This document shows positions 55,625 through 64,000 of a stretch of 64,000 nucleotides of DNA, one piece after another. A program made the translations under genes and the position numbers. The stretch lies in the NCBI GenBank assembly GCA_020184695.1, contig JAANOX010000231.1:248001-312000 (forward strand). The letters run 5' to 3'. How positions within the stretch are numbered: the first letter of the stretch is position 1; each line of letters opens with the position of its first letter. This DNA is from Histomonas meleagridis 2922-C6/04-290x. Taxonomy: Eukaryota > Protista > Parabasalia. The notes below the pieces were generated by a model, which made no database searches, was not told the origin of the DNA, and saw only the letters and a program-made list of their open reading frames with translations.

Positions 55625-56110
55625 TTACCAAGTTTCACGGAATGGTGTGAAGCAAACAGCCTTAATGACTTCTGGCTTTACAACGTGTGCTTCTTTAGGT
55701 TGAGCTGGGAGACGCTTAAGAGCTGACTTTTCAAGTTTGATTCCCTTTTCCTTAGCTTCTTTCTTAAGTTTTTGTGTTTGTGCAACACGGTTCTTGAAGT
55801 CATCTCTGCACTTTGAATGTTGGATGTGCTCTGTGCGAACATAAATGCGCTTTGGAGCAATATGGTTATTAACACGACGATAAATCAAAAGACCGACTGC
55901 GTGTGGAGAAACGTTCCAAACTGTACCAGTGCGACCATTGTAAAGGCGATGTGGCATACCCTTCATGACTGCTGAGTTCACATGAACATCGACGATGTCT
56001 CCGATTCTGAAAGTACGAAGTTGTTGTGATGGAGCTGGCATTCCATGCTTCCTGAACTTACGTGCGAAAAGGTATCTTGTTCCCCAACGAAGACCTGCTG
56101 TGTGACCCAT
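55625..56110 (-). CDS. RPL21: 60S ribosomal protein L21 (eL21)
   Basis: MGHTAGLRWGTRYLF, KGMPHRLYNGRTG and RTEHIQHSKCR. Confidence 0.97.
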   Translation of the reverse strand: MGHTAGLRWGTRYLFARKFRKHGMPAPSQQLRTFRIGDIVDVHVNSAVMKGMPHRLYNGRTGTVWNVSPHAVGLLIYRRVNNHIAPKRIYVRTEHIQHSKCRDDFKNRVAQTQKLKKEAKEKGIKLEKSALKRLPAQPKEAHVVKPEVIKAVCFTPFRETW

Positions 56111-56116
56111 TCTGAT

Positions 56117-56121
56117 AAAGG
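56117..56121 (-). promoter_or_regulatory. M5 motif (CCTTT) before rpL21
   Basis: Minus strand reads GACCTTTATCAGAATG, the same spacing to the ATG as at rpS2. Confidence 0.65.
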
Positions 56122-56205
56122 TCGACCAAACCGCAAAAAACGTTTAGTAATGCACAGAGACCGTTAACACGAGGAACGATAACACAAATAAATAGTTTAC
56201 ATAGT

Positions 56206-57645
56206 TCATGGAAAAATTGCTAAAATTTCGTCAACAAATCTTGTGAGCAAATTAGGACCAAACCTTAATGATTCTAAAGTCCCTCTAATTATGTTCTGTA
56301 ACTCATTCTTATCAATTCCAAAATCTACTCTTATCAATGGCATTGGTAATCTGCACCATGGATAATGATTTGGAATGGTGAAAACAAGTGCAAAACGAAC
56401 GTTTCTAACTTTCGATGAAACTACAAAAGAAACGTTTTGGTGATCAAGAAACAAATATGGAACTTTTGACAAGAGCGAAATCATTTCTTGATGATATTTT
56501 TTGTCGCGTGAATGTATTGCGATATGACTAAACAACGGAACTGTGTTTGTTGAAGTCAATTTTGCATTTGAAATTTGTTTATATTTAGAAATAATCGAAA
56601 CTTTGAATGTTGTATTTGTCATGAGACAAGTAACTTTAAATGGTAAACATTTACAAAGGAGAGTATACATCGCTTTAGAATTTTCTTTTGGCGAGTTTGT
56701 TCTGTTTTGAAGAGTACTGATTGCTTCATTAAGTTGCCTAGTTTTGTCGACCGTTTGGGTCATGGGTAAAGTATTGATTTTGGCTGCGGGTAAAGCATTG
56801 ATTTGGGTTGTAGGTAAAGTATTGATTTGGGACGTGGGTAAAGTATTGATTTGGGTTGTGGGTAAAGTATTGATTTGATCGTTTTTGGGGTACTCCGATT
56901 TATTGATCGTTAAATCTTCTTCTTTCTCTTTGGGTTTAGGTTGTTTTTGTTGGAGTTTAGATTGTACTGGTCGTAGTGGAATTGTGTCATCATCTAAATC
57001 TAAGTTCAATTGTCGATTCTTTGAGAGGATTTGATTAAAAGCTGCTGTATTGAGATCATCAATTGGTTGTTTCTTTAAAATTGATTTCTTTGGAAGGAGG
57101 AAAATTTCGTCTGTTGTATCATTAGGATTGGATGTGAATTTTGATTGAACAGGTTCTCCAAATGAAATGTGATCATTGTTTTGTGTTTTAGGTTTCATAT
57201 CAAACACAGCTTCACCGCCTCTCTTTAACAAATTGAAGTCATGATTTGTAACTAATGGTGATGGACGAAAACTTACTTTAGATTTGAAAATGCTTGATTC
57301 AGGTGATTCTTGGAGACCTGCGACTGTTGGTGTTCCAGGAGTCATTACCTGGCTTTGTTGAAAATTATTGAAATCTTTTAATAAATCTGATAAAGTTGGA
57401 ATTGAAATATTTAAATGACTTAAATTGTTTTCTTGCGGTTCTTGTTGTGGCTGTTGTTGAAAAGGATCAAATGCTAATGTTATTGTATCAGGATCGTCAA
57501 ATTTAAGTTGCTTTTTAATATTTGATGGTTTAGAGACAAACATCTTTCCTCCTGCATTAAGGTTTCTGTTTTCGATGCCTCTTCGAAAAGAATTTCCGGG
57601 TTTTCGTGGTGGTAGATCAACTTGAAAAGGCGGGTCTTCAAACAT
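56206..57645 (-). CDS. Disordered protein with PP1-docking-like motifs, 8-aa repeats and a C-terminal RWD-like domain (candidate KNL1/Spc105)
   Basis: KVSF and SILK motifs, five INTLP repeats, and C-terminal FTIPNHYPW...FGPNLLTRFV. First ATG is at 57645. Confidence 0.6.
   Translation of the reverse strand: MFEDPPFQVDLPPRKPGNSFRRGIENRNLNAGGKMFVSKPSNIKKQLKFDDPDTITLAFDPFQQQPQQEPQENNLSHLNISIPTLSDLLKDFNNFQQSQVMTPGTPTVAGLQESPESSIFKSKVSFRPSPLVTNHDFNLLKRGGEAVFDMKPKTQNNDHISFGEPVQSKFTSNPNDTTDEIFLLPKKSILKKQPIDDLNTAAFNQILSKNRQLNLDLDDDTIPLRPVQSKLQQKQPKPKEKEEDLTINKSEYPKNDQINTLPTTQINTLPTSQINTLPTTQINALPAAKINTLPMTQTVDKTRQLNEAISTLQNRTNSPKENSKAMYTLLCKCLPFKVTCLMTNTTFKVSIISKYKQISNAKLTSTNTVPLFSHIAIHSRDKKYHQEMISLLSKVPYLFLDHQNVSFVVSSKVRNVRFALVFTIPNHYPWCRLPMPLIRVDFGIDKNELQNIIRGTLESLRFGPNLLTRFVDEILAIFP
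56765..56878 (-). repeat. Five 24-bp coding repeats (QINTLPTT-like)
   Basis: GGTAAAG(T/C)ATTGATTT recurs at 56765, 56789, 56813, 56837 and 56861. Confidence 0.9.
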
Positions 57646-58498
57646 CTGATTATTGTAAACGGTATACAAAAATAAACGGTCTTAACACTTTTCCTGACTT
57701 TTTGTGTGAATTCACACATCAAAAAATAAACATGATGAGTTTAAATGACATGTTTGCATAACGAAATAGTAAAAATTCTATTAAATTTACAATAAATATA
57801 CAAACATACATATAATCCAATCAATCGCTAATTTATTATCGGGAAGTTTTAATTATCATTATCCGTTAATATATAATTATTCTAAGGTGGCGGATAATAT
57901 GCTTTTTATATGTTGCAAATATAATGTTTGAAGAAAAGATTTTTGTTATCCAGATATTTATTTAAAGCATCCATCGGATCTAAATTCATATGTTTCAATA
58001 TATTGTTTTTTCATCATATGATCCTATAAGAAGACATTTGTTTGCTATTTTAATCCTGAATCAGATTCTGATTAATTTGATAAACAAAATTGAAAATACA
58101 TTTGTTTCAAATCTTTCAAGTTATTAAGAAATAGTATTTGATAACATTCAAATGAAAAATTTTGTTGTTTGATGAGAATTTTCTTTTTGACAAATTTCTA
58201 ACAAGATTTAACGATCTCCATAACGTCTTTCGACAGAGGACAAACAAAAAGATCTACATAAACCAGTCAAATTCGGTTCACAAACGATTATTGTTGTAAG
58301 CGTTGTATTTGTTGTAAAAACGCTTTTTCTGTAACGAAAGTAAAAATCGTGTACAATTTGTGTCAAATATTTTCAATTGAAATTGTTATTTCAAAAACAA
58401 TTGAAAAGCTTTTCAATGTGTTAACAATTTTTTTTATTAATTTAGCTTTATCATGACAATTAACTTCAAACGAAGTTTGAACATTAATATTTTCTATT

Positions 58499-59740
58499 TT
58501 ATGCTTTAACGCTTTTTGGGATTGATCTTGGTAAAACAGGTGGTCTTGGAATTGCAGGATTACTTCTCGGGAATGTTAATTTCACTTCTTTTTCTTCGCG
58601 AATCTGATCATCTAGCGAGTGTGTTTCTGATGAGCAGCTCATTTCATCTTCTTTCTTAAAAAAATTCATTAATTCATTTCCACCAGAAGAGGAATCCATA
58701 TCAGAAGTCTGATATTGGACTTTCATTGAGTTGCGATTGCTTTGGGTTGAGCAGCAATTACGGCTGATAGTATTAACACGTGTTTGTGCGAAAAAGGTCT
58801 TGGGAGAACTCCGAAGTGGTGCTTGTGCGGAAGAAATAATGGTCTCCTTTTGGAATGTGTTCGATATTGTCCAGTCATATTTATAATCGTATTGATAGCC
58901 ATTGCTTATGAAAAGGTCGCGGAACATTTTGCGATATCGAGAATACTCAGGTTCATCTGTGAACTCCAGTTGCCTAACAAGACGGAGGTATTCAGCAAAT
59001 TCTGGTGGGAGGCCTTCGCAAACTCGAGATAATGGAATGATTTCTTTATAATCGCAGATCATTTGGAATTTAGACTTATTCCTACTACCAGATAAGCCAA
59101 TCCATGGAAGTGATCCCTTAAGAAGATAGACCAATACATATCCAAGAGATTCCATATCATCACGTCTAGACTGCTCAAACCCTTTGAGGGCATTAACAGA
59201 TGCATATCTAGCAGTTCCCGTGAGATTCTTTCCTTCAATTAGTGGAATATGTTTTAACTTTGAATCCCTATATTTCTTGGAAAGTCCAAAATCAATAATG
59301 TATAACTGGTTGCCCTTGCTCCCAAGACCCATAACAAAGTTCTCGGGCTTTATATCTCTATGAATGAAGGATTTTTTGTGGAGATACTCAACACTTGATA
59401 TCATTTGATCAGCTAACATCAGTACTGTCTTCAAAGATAGTTTCTGACGAGTGTTGAATAAGGATTCGATTGATTTACCGAATAAATCCATCACCATTAT
59501 ATCATCTGTTGCTTGACTTCCAAACCAATAAATTTTCCCTGTGTTAACAGACCCTGCAAATACATTGTAAAGTTTTGCTTCATATTTAAGTTGTGGGCAC
59601 TTAGTACGATTATCCTCAATTTTGGCTGCATAAAGACGGCCGCTTTTGTCTTGACATACAAAGATTTCTCCGAAACTTCCTGAGCCAATCTTGTTGAGCA
59701 AGTTATACTTGTTCTTGATTTTAAGTGGTTTGCACTTCAT
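58499..59740 (-). CDS. Casein kinase I family protein
   Basis: IGSGSFGEIF, HRDIKPENF, IIDFGLSKKY, LTGTARYAS, SRRDDMESLG and GSLPW. Confidence 0.96.
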   Translation of the reverse strand: MKCKPLKIKNKYNLLNKIGSGSFGEIFVCQDKSGRLYAAKIEDNRTKCPQLKYEAKLYNVFAGSVNTGKIYWFGSQATDDIMVMDLFGKSIESLFNTRQKLSLKTVLMLADQMISSVEYLHKKSFIHRDIKPENFVMGLGSKGNQLYIIDFGLSKKYRDSKLKHIPLIEGKNLTGTARYASVNALKGFEQSRRDDMESLGYVLVYLLKGSLPWIGLSGSRNKSKFQMICDYKEIIPLSRVCEGLPPEFAEYLRLVRQLEFTDEPEYSRYRKMFRDLFISNGYQYDYKYDWTISNTFQKETIISSAQAPLRSSPKTFFAQTRVNTISRNCCSTQSNRNSMKVQYQTSDMDSSSGGNELMNFFKKEDEMSCSSETHSLDDQIREEKEVKLTFPRSNPAIPRPPVLPRSIPKSVKA

Positions 59741-60536
59741 TCTGATTTTTATTGTGAATCAAAAAATTTTACAACAAAACCGTATTTTTCTATACATTAT
59801 ATCATACTTGAATTCCGTTTGTCACAAATACAATAAAAAACCTCCAAAATAAAATCAAAATTCTCTCTTTAGTTCTCTGAAATTGTGCTTATTAACTGGA
59901 AACTATAGCATATAAAATAAAACCAAAACAATGAATTAAATTGTATTTTATAAATATGGATATAATACATATTTGTCTCATTTATATTTTTTTTTTTATT
60001 ACTTTATGTATTGATAACTGTTCTCTTCAAAATTGTTCGATATGTATTTCTTCATATTTTCATCTGTACAGGATTCTGCAGCGGCGATATTCGTAACGAC
60101 CTAATCACTTTTTGAAAGCGTAAAAAACGAGCAAATTAATTCAATAATTCCGGAACTGATCAGTTGGAAATTGAAAGGAGCATTGAAACTCAGCTGTCAA
60201 AAGTCACCAGCGTCATCAAATTTTGAATATTGATAACTTTACAATTTACGTGGCCATTGAAAATGCCATGACAAAACGTTACGGTAAAGAAAACAAATTT
60301 TGCCTACCGTCAAACCGTACCGCAGAAAACGGTTATTATTGGAGAAAACAACAAAACCAAAGTCAATCAGTGAAAAATCGGTTCCATTGTTGTCTAAAAT
60401 ATGCGATCCCACTTTTTTCCAATGGAGGGCAAAGGCATCTCAATCAAAACATAAAAAATTCTTTTTTTAAAGAAAAAATATCAAAATGATTTTTGGGCAA
60501 ATATTGATTTATTTTTGAAACACACCAAATCATTAC

Positions 60537-61514
60537 TCATAAAAATTTATTAATAACAAATATCATAACAGCAATTATAATTAAAACACAGAACGCCACT
60601 TTTTGGGCTCTACGTTTTTTCAAATGTTCATTAGTAATTTGTATAACCTTTATAACATCCCAATCATTTTTTGCTTGTATTGTTTCAAGTACTGTAGTTG
60701 GGTCATTAAAACTAATTAGTTCAATATGGGCAGTACACAATTCAATCATAAAATCTGTGTGATTTGATTTGTGTAAAATTATTTGATCCCATAGCAGCAA
60801 CAAATCTTTATAATTATATTGATCAGCAAATGAAACCAATTCCCATTTTAAAGCGTAAAACATTGAAGTCGTGTTCATGCTAATGAGATATTGATATTCT
60901 TTTGGATGAGACTCCATAACCTTTTTGTCAATAAGTGAAAAATGTTTATTGGCAAAGTTATAATCTTTTGTAAATTTTCCAATATCGACAATTCGAAGAA
61001 TCTTTTGACATAAAAAGAATGCAATCGCTTCTGCAAAATCAATGGACTCTCCAATGTGGGTAGCAAATTCTAAGCTGATTGTCATGCAAACGCAAGCATA
61101 TCTATCAAATCCTTGAAGATATTCATAAAAATCATCTGTAAGTCGAATTGCAACTAAAATTCTTTGGACATTTAAATCGTCTGTTGGAGCCTTAGATTGG
61201 TTAATGTTACTCTCTTTTATAAGTTCTTGATACCAAAAATGTGATCTTTGTGTATCAATTTCTATTAAATATCTTTCTTCTTCGCTTGATAAACTATCTA
61301 CTGGTTTTTGAATATCTTGAATATGTTTTAGTATGTTATCATGATAATTATCATATAAAAAGAAAATTGATTTTGATAAACAATTTAAATCAATTAAATC
61401 AAAATAATGTAACCAAGCGATGACCCTCAAATAATTATCTTTATTTGAAAGCTTCTTCAGAAAGTCAATTGTTTGTGCTTTATTTCTGAATGAAGGTTGA
61501 GGAATCGCTTTCAT
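60537..61514 (-). CDS. TBC-like Rab-GAP with a C-terminal TM anchor
   Basis: IEIDTQRS, YLQGFDR and WELVSF...LLWD, with a terminal hydrophobic helix VAFCVLIIIAVMIFVI. Confidence 0.8.
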   Translation of the reverse strand: MKAIPQPSFRNKAQTIDFLKKLSNKDNYLRVIAWLHYFDLIDLNCLSKSIFFLYDNYHDNILKHIQDIQKPVDSLSSEEERYLIEIDTQRSHFWYQELIKESNINQSKAPTDDLNVQRILVAIRLTDDFYEYLQGFDRYACVCMTISLEFATHIGESIDFAEAIAFFLCQKILRIVDIGKFTKDYNFANKHFSLIDKKVMESHPKEYQYLISMNTTSMFYALKWELVSFADQYNYKDLLLLWDQIILHKSNHTDFMIELCTAHIELISFNDPTTVLETIQAKNDWDVIKVIQITNEHLKKRRAQKVAFCVLIIIAVMIFVINKFL

Positions 61515-61568
61515 TTCTTACCGTTTACACTTTTATGTAAAACTCAGAATTTAAATTACAAATAATTT

Positions 61569-63998
61569 TTATTTATTAATTAAACACTTAACAATTGATT
61601 CGCGTATTTTTTCATTTAATTCTTCATAAATTTCATGAAGAATCTCATTGTTAGTATTTTGGTAATGTTTAAATATGTTAACACATATTTCCTTTGATTC
61701 ATATTTTAATGATGGAAATATTTTCATTAATTCTTTTAATGCGATTTTTATGCATTGATTATTATAACAATTTTTCATACAAAGAATTAATAAATCGAAA
61801 TAAATTTTCGAATTATTGAAATTATTTTGAATATTTTCGATTAGCTTTAAAATAATTTCGTTATAATCGAAATCGAATTTAATTTCTTTATTACAAATTA
61901 TTCTTCCGATTAATAAAGCTCCATTTTTAAGGTTATTTAAAGAGAATTTTATTATTTCCAAAAAATCGATTTTTTGAATATTTTGTTGAATGATTATTAG
62001 ATATAATAATTCGAATTCAATTTGTAAATTTTGCTTATCATTAACAATAAATTTAATGATTTCATGTGATATATTTTCGATGTTTTTCTTAATTAAAAGA
62101 ATAAACAAAGAAATAATAAGTTTTTCATTTTCTTCATTATGTTTATGTAATAATGAACTTAAAATTCCATTTATATTTTCTTTTATTAATTCGTTATCGA
62201 TGTTTTCTATAATATATGCAAAAGTTTCGAATTTAAAATCAATATTTATAATAACATTTAAAATTAATTTTAATATTTCAGAAGATTTTATTTTCATTTT
62301 TGTAACTATAAAACAAAAATCAGAAATTGTTTCTTTAATATCAAATGTTTTCGATTTAATAATTGAAATATTAATTAAATCTTTTATCAAATCTATTTCA
62401 ATTTCATTTTTATGTTTATTAAGTAATAACATCGAACTTTTAATAAGTTCATTAATTTCAGTTTCAGAATTTGTTTTTGATAATTTATTTATGAAATATT
62501 TAAATGTTTCATTCGGTGTAATCTCATTTTGTAATTCTAAAAATATTAATAAAAATTGATTTTTTTCTATATTAAAATCATTATTATTAATATCATTAAA
62601 AATTTCATTCATTAAATTAATTATTTTATTATAATTAATATCAATGAATTGTTTTATGGAATTTTTATTAATTTCATAAATTTTTATTAAAATTGGAATT
62701 ACATTTAAATCGAATTTATTTAAATTCGAAATTTTTTTAGAACAATTTTCTAAATTATTTACATTAATTAAAGAAGTTATAAAACTTCCGGAAATCGAAA
62801 AATCGAAATTTAATGCGGTTTCAAATAATATTTCGAAATGTTTCGAAAATGAACTTAATGTATATAACTCATTAATTTTACCTAAAATCGGAAAACTAAT
62901 TTCTTGTAATTGAAATATATTACTTGAAATTGTTATACAAAGAGAAACAACAATTTTATAAACATGTTGAACTTCAATATTTGTTAAAATTTTATCCAAA
63001 ACTTTTAATAAAATGATTTTCGTTAATAAATTCGGTTCAATGCCAACTTCAGGAATTAAATTATCTTTAAAGACATTATAAATAAAATCAATTACTAAAT
63101 CGATTTTACATTTCGATATTAAATTAACAACAAATTCGATCATATTACCATTATTAATCTTTTTAATTAAGACCATAATTTTAGGTAAAAATTTTATATA
63201 ATTTTTCGTATTTGATATATAAGAAAATGCTTTAATCGATGATAAAAGTATAGAATGAGAAACATTTTGTGATTTAATAGGTTTTATACTTAATCCATTT
63301 ATAAAATTTATATTCTTTTTCTTCAGTTCAACAAATGTTTCATATGTAATTCCTTTAGATAAAGTAAAAGGCGTTGAAGAAAATGAAACTAAAATAGATA
63401 ACGCAGTAATATTTACAGTTTCATCCAAATCGAAATTATTAATCAAATCAATGACAGAATTATATATTAAATATAAAACTAATGGATGTAATGAATTAGA
63501 ATTATGTAATAATTGAAGTAATATATTTAATTGATTTAAACAAAATGGTTTTATTTCTTTTCCTTGTGTGATAAACATTGTAGATAATGCATGCAAAGCA
63601 AATGGTGTCGAATTACTTGAAAAGATTTTTTCATTTATAAATAGCATAATTCGTGAAAGAAAATTCTCTTCAAGTTGCGTTTGACACATTACTGATGATA
63701 TCAATAAACAAGAAGCAGAAATTTTATTCATTTCGATGAATTTTATTATTCCATTTATATATTCTTCTTTGTTTAAAATGGAATATGATATTGATTCACA
63801 TGTAATTTGTATCCGTAAATAATCATTACCTTTTAATGTCTTTAATAATGAACCTATAAAATTATGTGTAATTAATTCTTTAAATGATCCGTCTTTAATA
63901 ATTTGAAGAATAATCGAATGTGATAAACATGTATTTTGTTGAATTAAGGTTTGTAATATTGTTTCTTTTGTTTTTATATTACATTTTTTAAATATTTG
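61569..63998 (-). CDS. Large HEAT/ARM-like solenoid protein, 5' end outside the window
   Basis: The frame stays open upstream of 63731 to the window edge (QIFKKCNIKTKETIL...); Ile/Leu/Asn/Lys-rich helical repeats. Confidence 0.7.
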   Translation of the reverse strand, partial: QIFKKCNIKTKETILQTLIQQNTCLSHSIILQIIKDGSFKELITHNFIGSLLKTLKGNDYLRIQITCESISYSILNKEEYINGIIKFIEMNKISASCLLISSVMCQTQLEENFLSRIMLFINEKIFSSNSTPFALHALSTMFITQGKEIKPFCLNQLNILLQLLHNSNSLHPLVLYLIYNSVIDLINNFDLDETVNITALSILVSFSSTPFTLSKGITYETFVELKKKNINFINGLSIKPIKSQNVSHSILLSSIKAFSYISNTKNYIKFLPKIMVLIKKINNGNMIEFVVNLISKCKIDLVIDFIYNVFKDNLIPEVGIEPNLLTKIILLKVLDKILTNIEVQHVYKIVVSLCITISSNIFQLQEISFPILGKINELYTLSSFSKHFEILFETALNFDFSISGSFITSLINVNNLENCSKKISNLNKFDLNVIPILIKIYEINKNSIKQFIDINYNKIINLMNEIFNDINNNDFNIEKNQFLLIFLELQNEITPNETFKYFINKLSKTNSETEINELIKSSMLLLNKHKNEIEIDLIKDLINISIIKSKTFDIKETISDFCFIVTKMKIKSSEILKLILNVIINIDFKFETFAYIIENIDNELIKENINGILSSLLHKHNEENEKLIISLFILLIKKNIENISHEIIKFIVNDKQNLQIEFELLYLIIIQQNIQKIDFLEIIKFSLNNLKNGALLIGRIICNKEIKFDFDYNEIILKLIENIQNNFNNSKIYFDLLILCMKNCYNNQCIKIALKELMKIFPSLKYESKEICVNIFKHYQNTNNEILHEIYEELNEKIRESIVKCLINK

Positions 63999-64000
63999 CG

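Noticed and set aside
60060-60489. Coding-like intergenic stretch and ORF 60223-60489; similar stretches at 39040-39190 and 35179-35412
   Set aside because: Multiple stops and no recognisable motif; possibly old gene relics but unsupported.
12582-61514. Apparent cluster of trafficking genes (2 TBC, VPS9-like, Vps8-like, SCAMP, BBS1)
   Set aside because: These families are expanded in parabasalids, and the genes are scattered on both strands among unrelated genes.
1-64000. Canonical trichomonad spliceosomal introns, tRNA or rRNA genes
   Set aside because: By eye I found no GT...ACTAAC...AG signature within genes and no cloverleaf or rRNA sequence; a tRNAscan/Infernal run is needed to exclude them.

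Overview
This is a gene-dense, very AT-rich eukaryotic window from a parabasalid protist (Trichomonas/Histomonas/Tritrichomonas-like; Histomonas meleagridis is my best guess, unconfirmed). The assignment rests on BspA-type LRR and DUF3447/ankyrin families, trichomonad Inr/M3/M5 core-promoter motifs, apparently intronless genes and bacterial-type metabolic genes. About 30 protein-coding genes are present, including NADP-ADH, BMS1, Tim17-like, BspA, two TBC GAPs, BBS1, UGGT-like, SAPS, rpS2, PdxK, VPS9-like, a surface protein, Myb, MFS, Kelch, SCAMP, RtcB, uridine kinase, Vps8-like, a Tyr/acidic tandem-repeat protein, Mob1, rpL21 and CK1. Several pseudogenes are also present (DUF3447/ankyrin copies, actin, an esterase, a lactonase-like fragment). 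Main findings: (1) seven ankyrin repeats at four loci are each interrupted at the same position by a 63-119 nt element with a conserved TGG motif exactly 21 nt before the TAL codons and no canonical trichomonad intron signals, a candidate non-canonical intron family; (2) an endogenous CRESS-DNA (kirkovirus-like) capsid gene at the window start; (3) a candidate divergent KNL1/Spc105; (4) a catalytically degenerate UGGT paralog; (5) a nested tandem-repeat secreted protein. All family calls come from motif recognition; no database searches were run.
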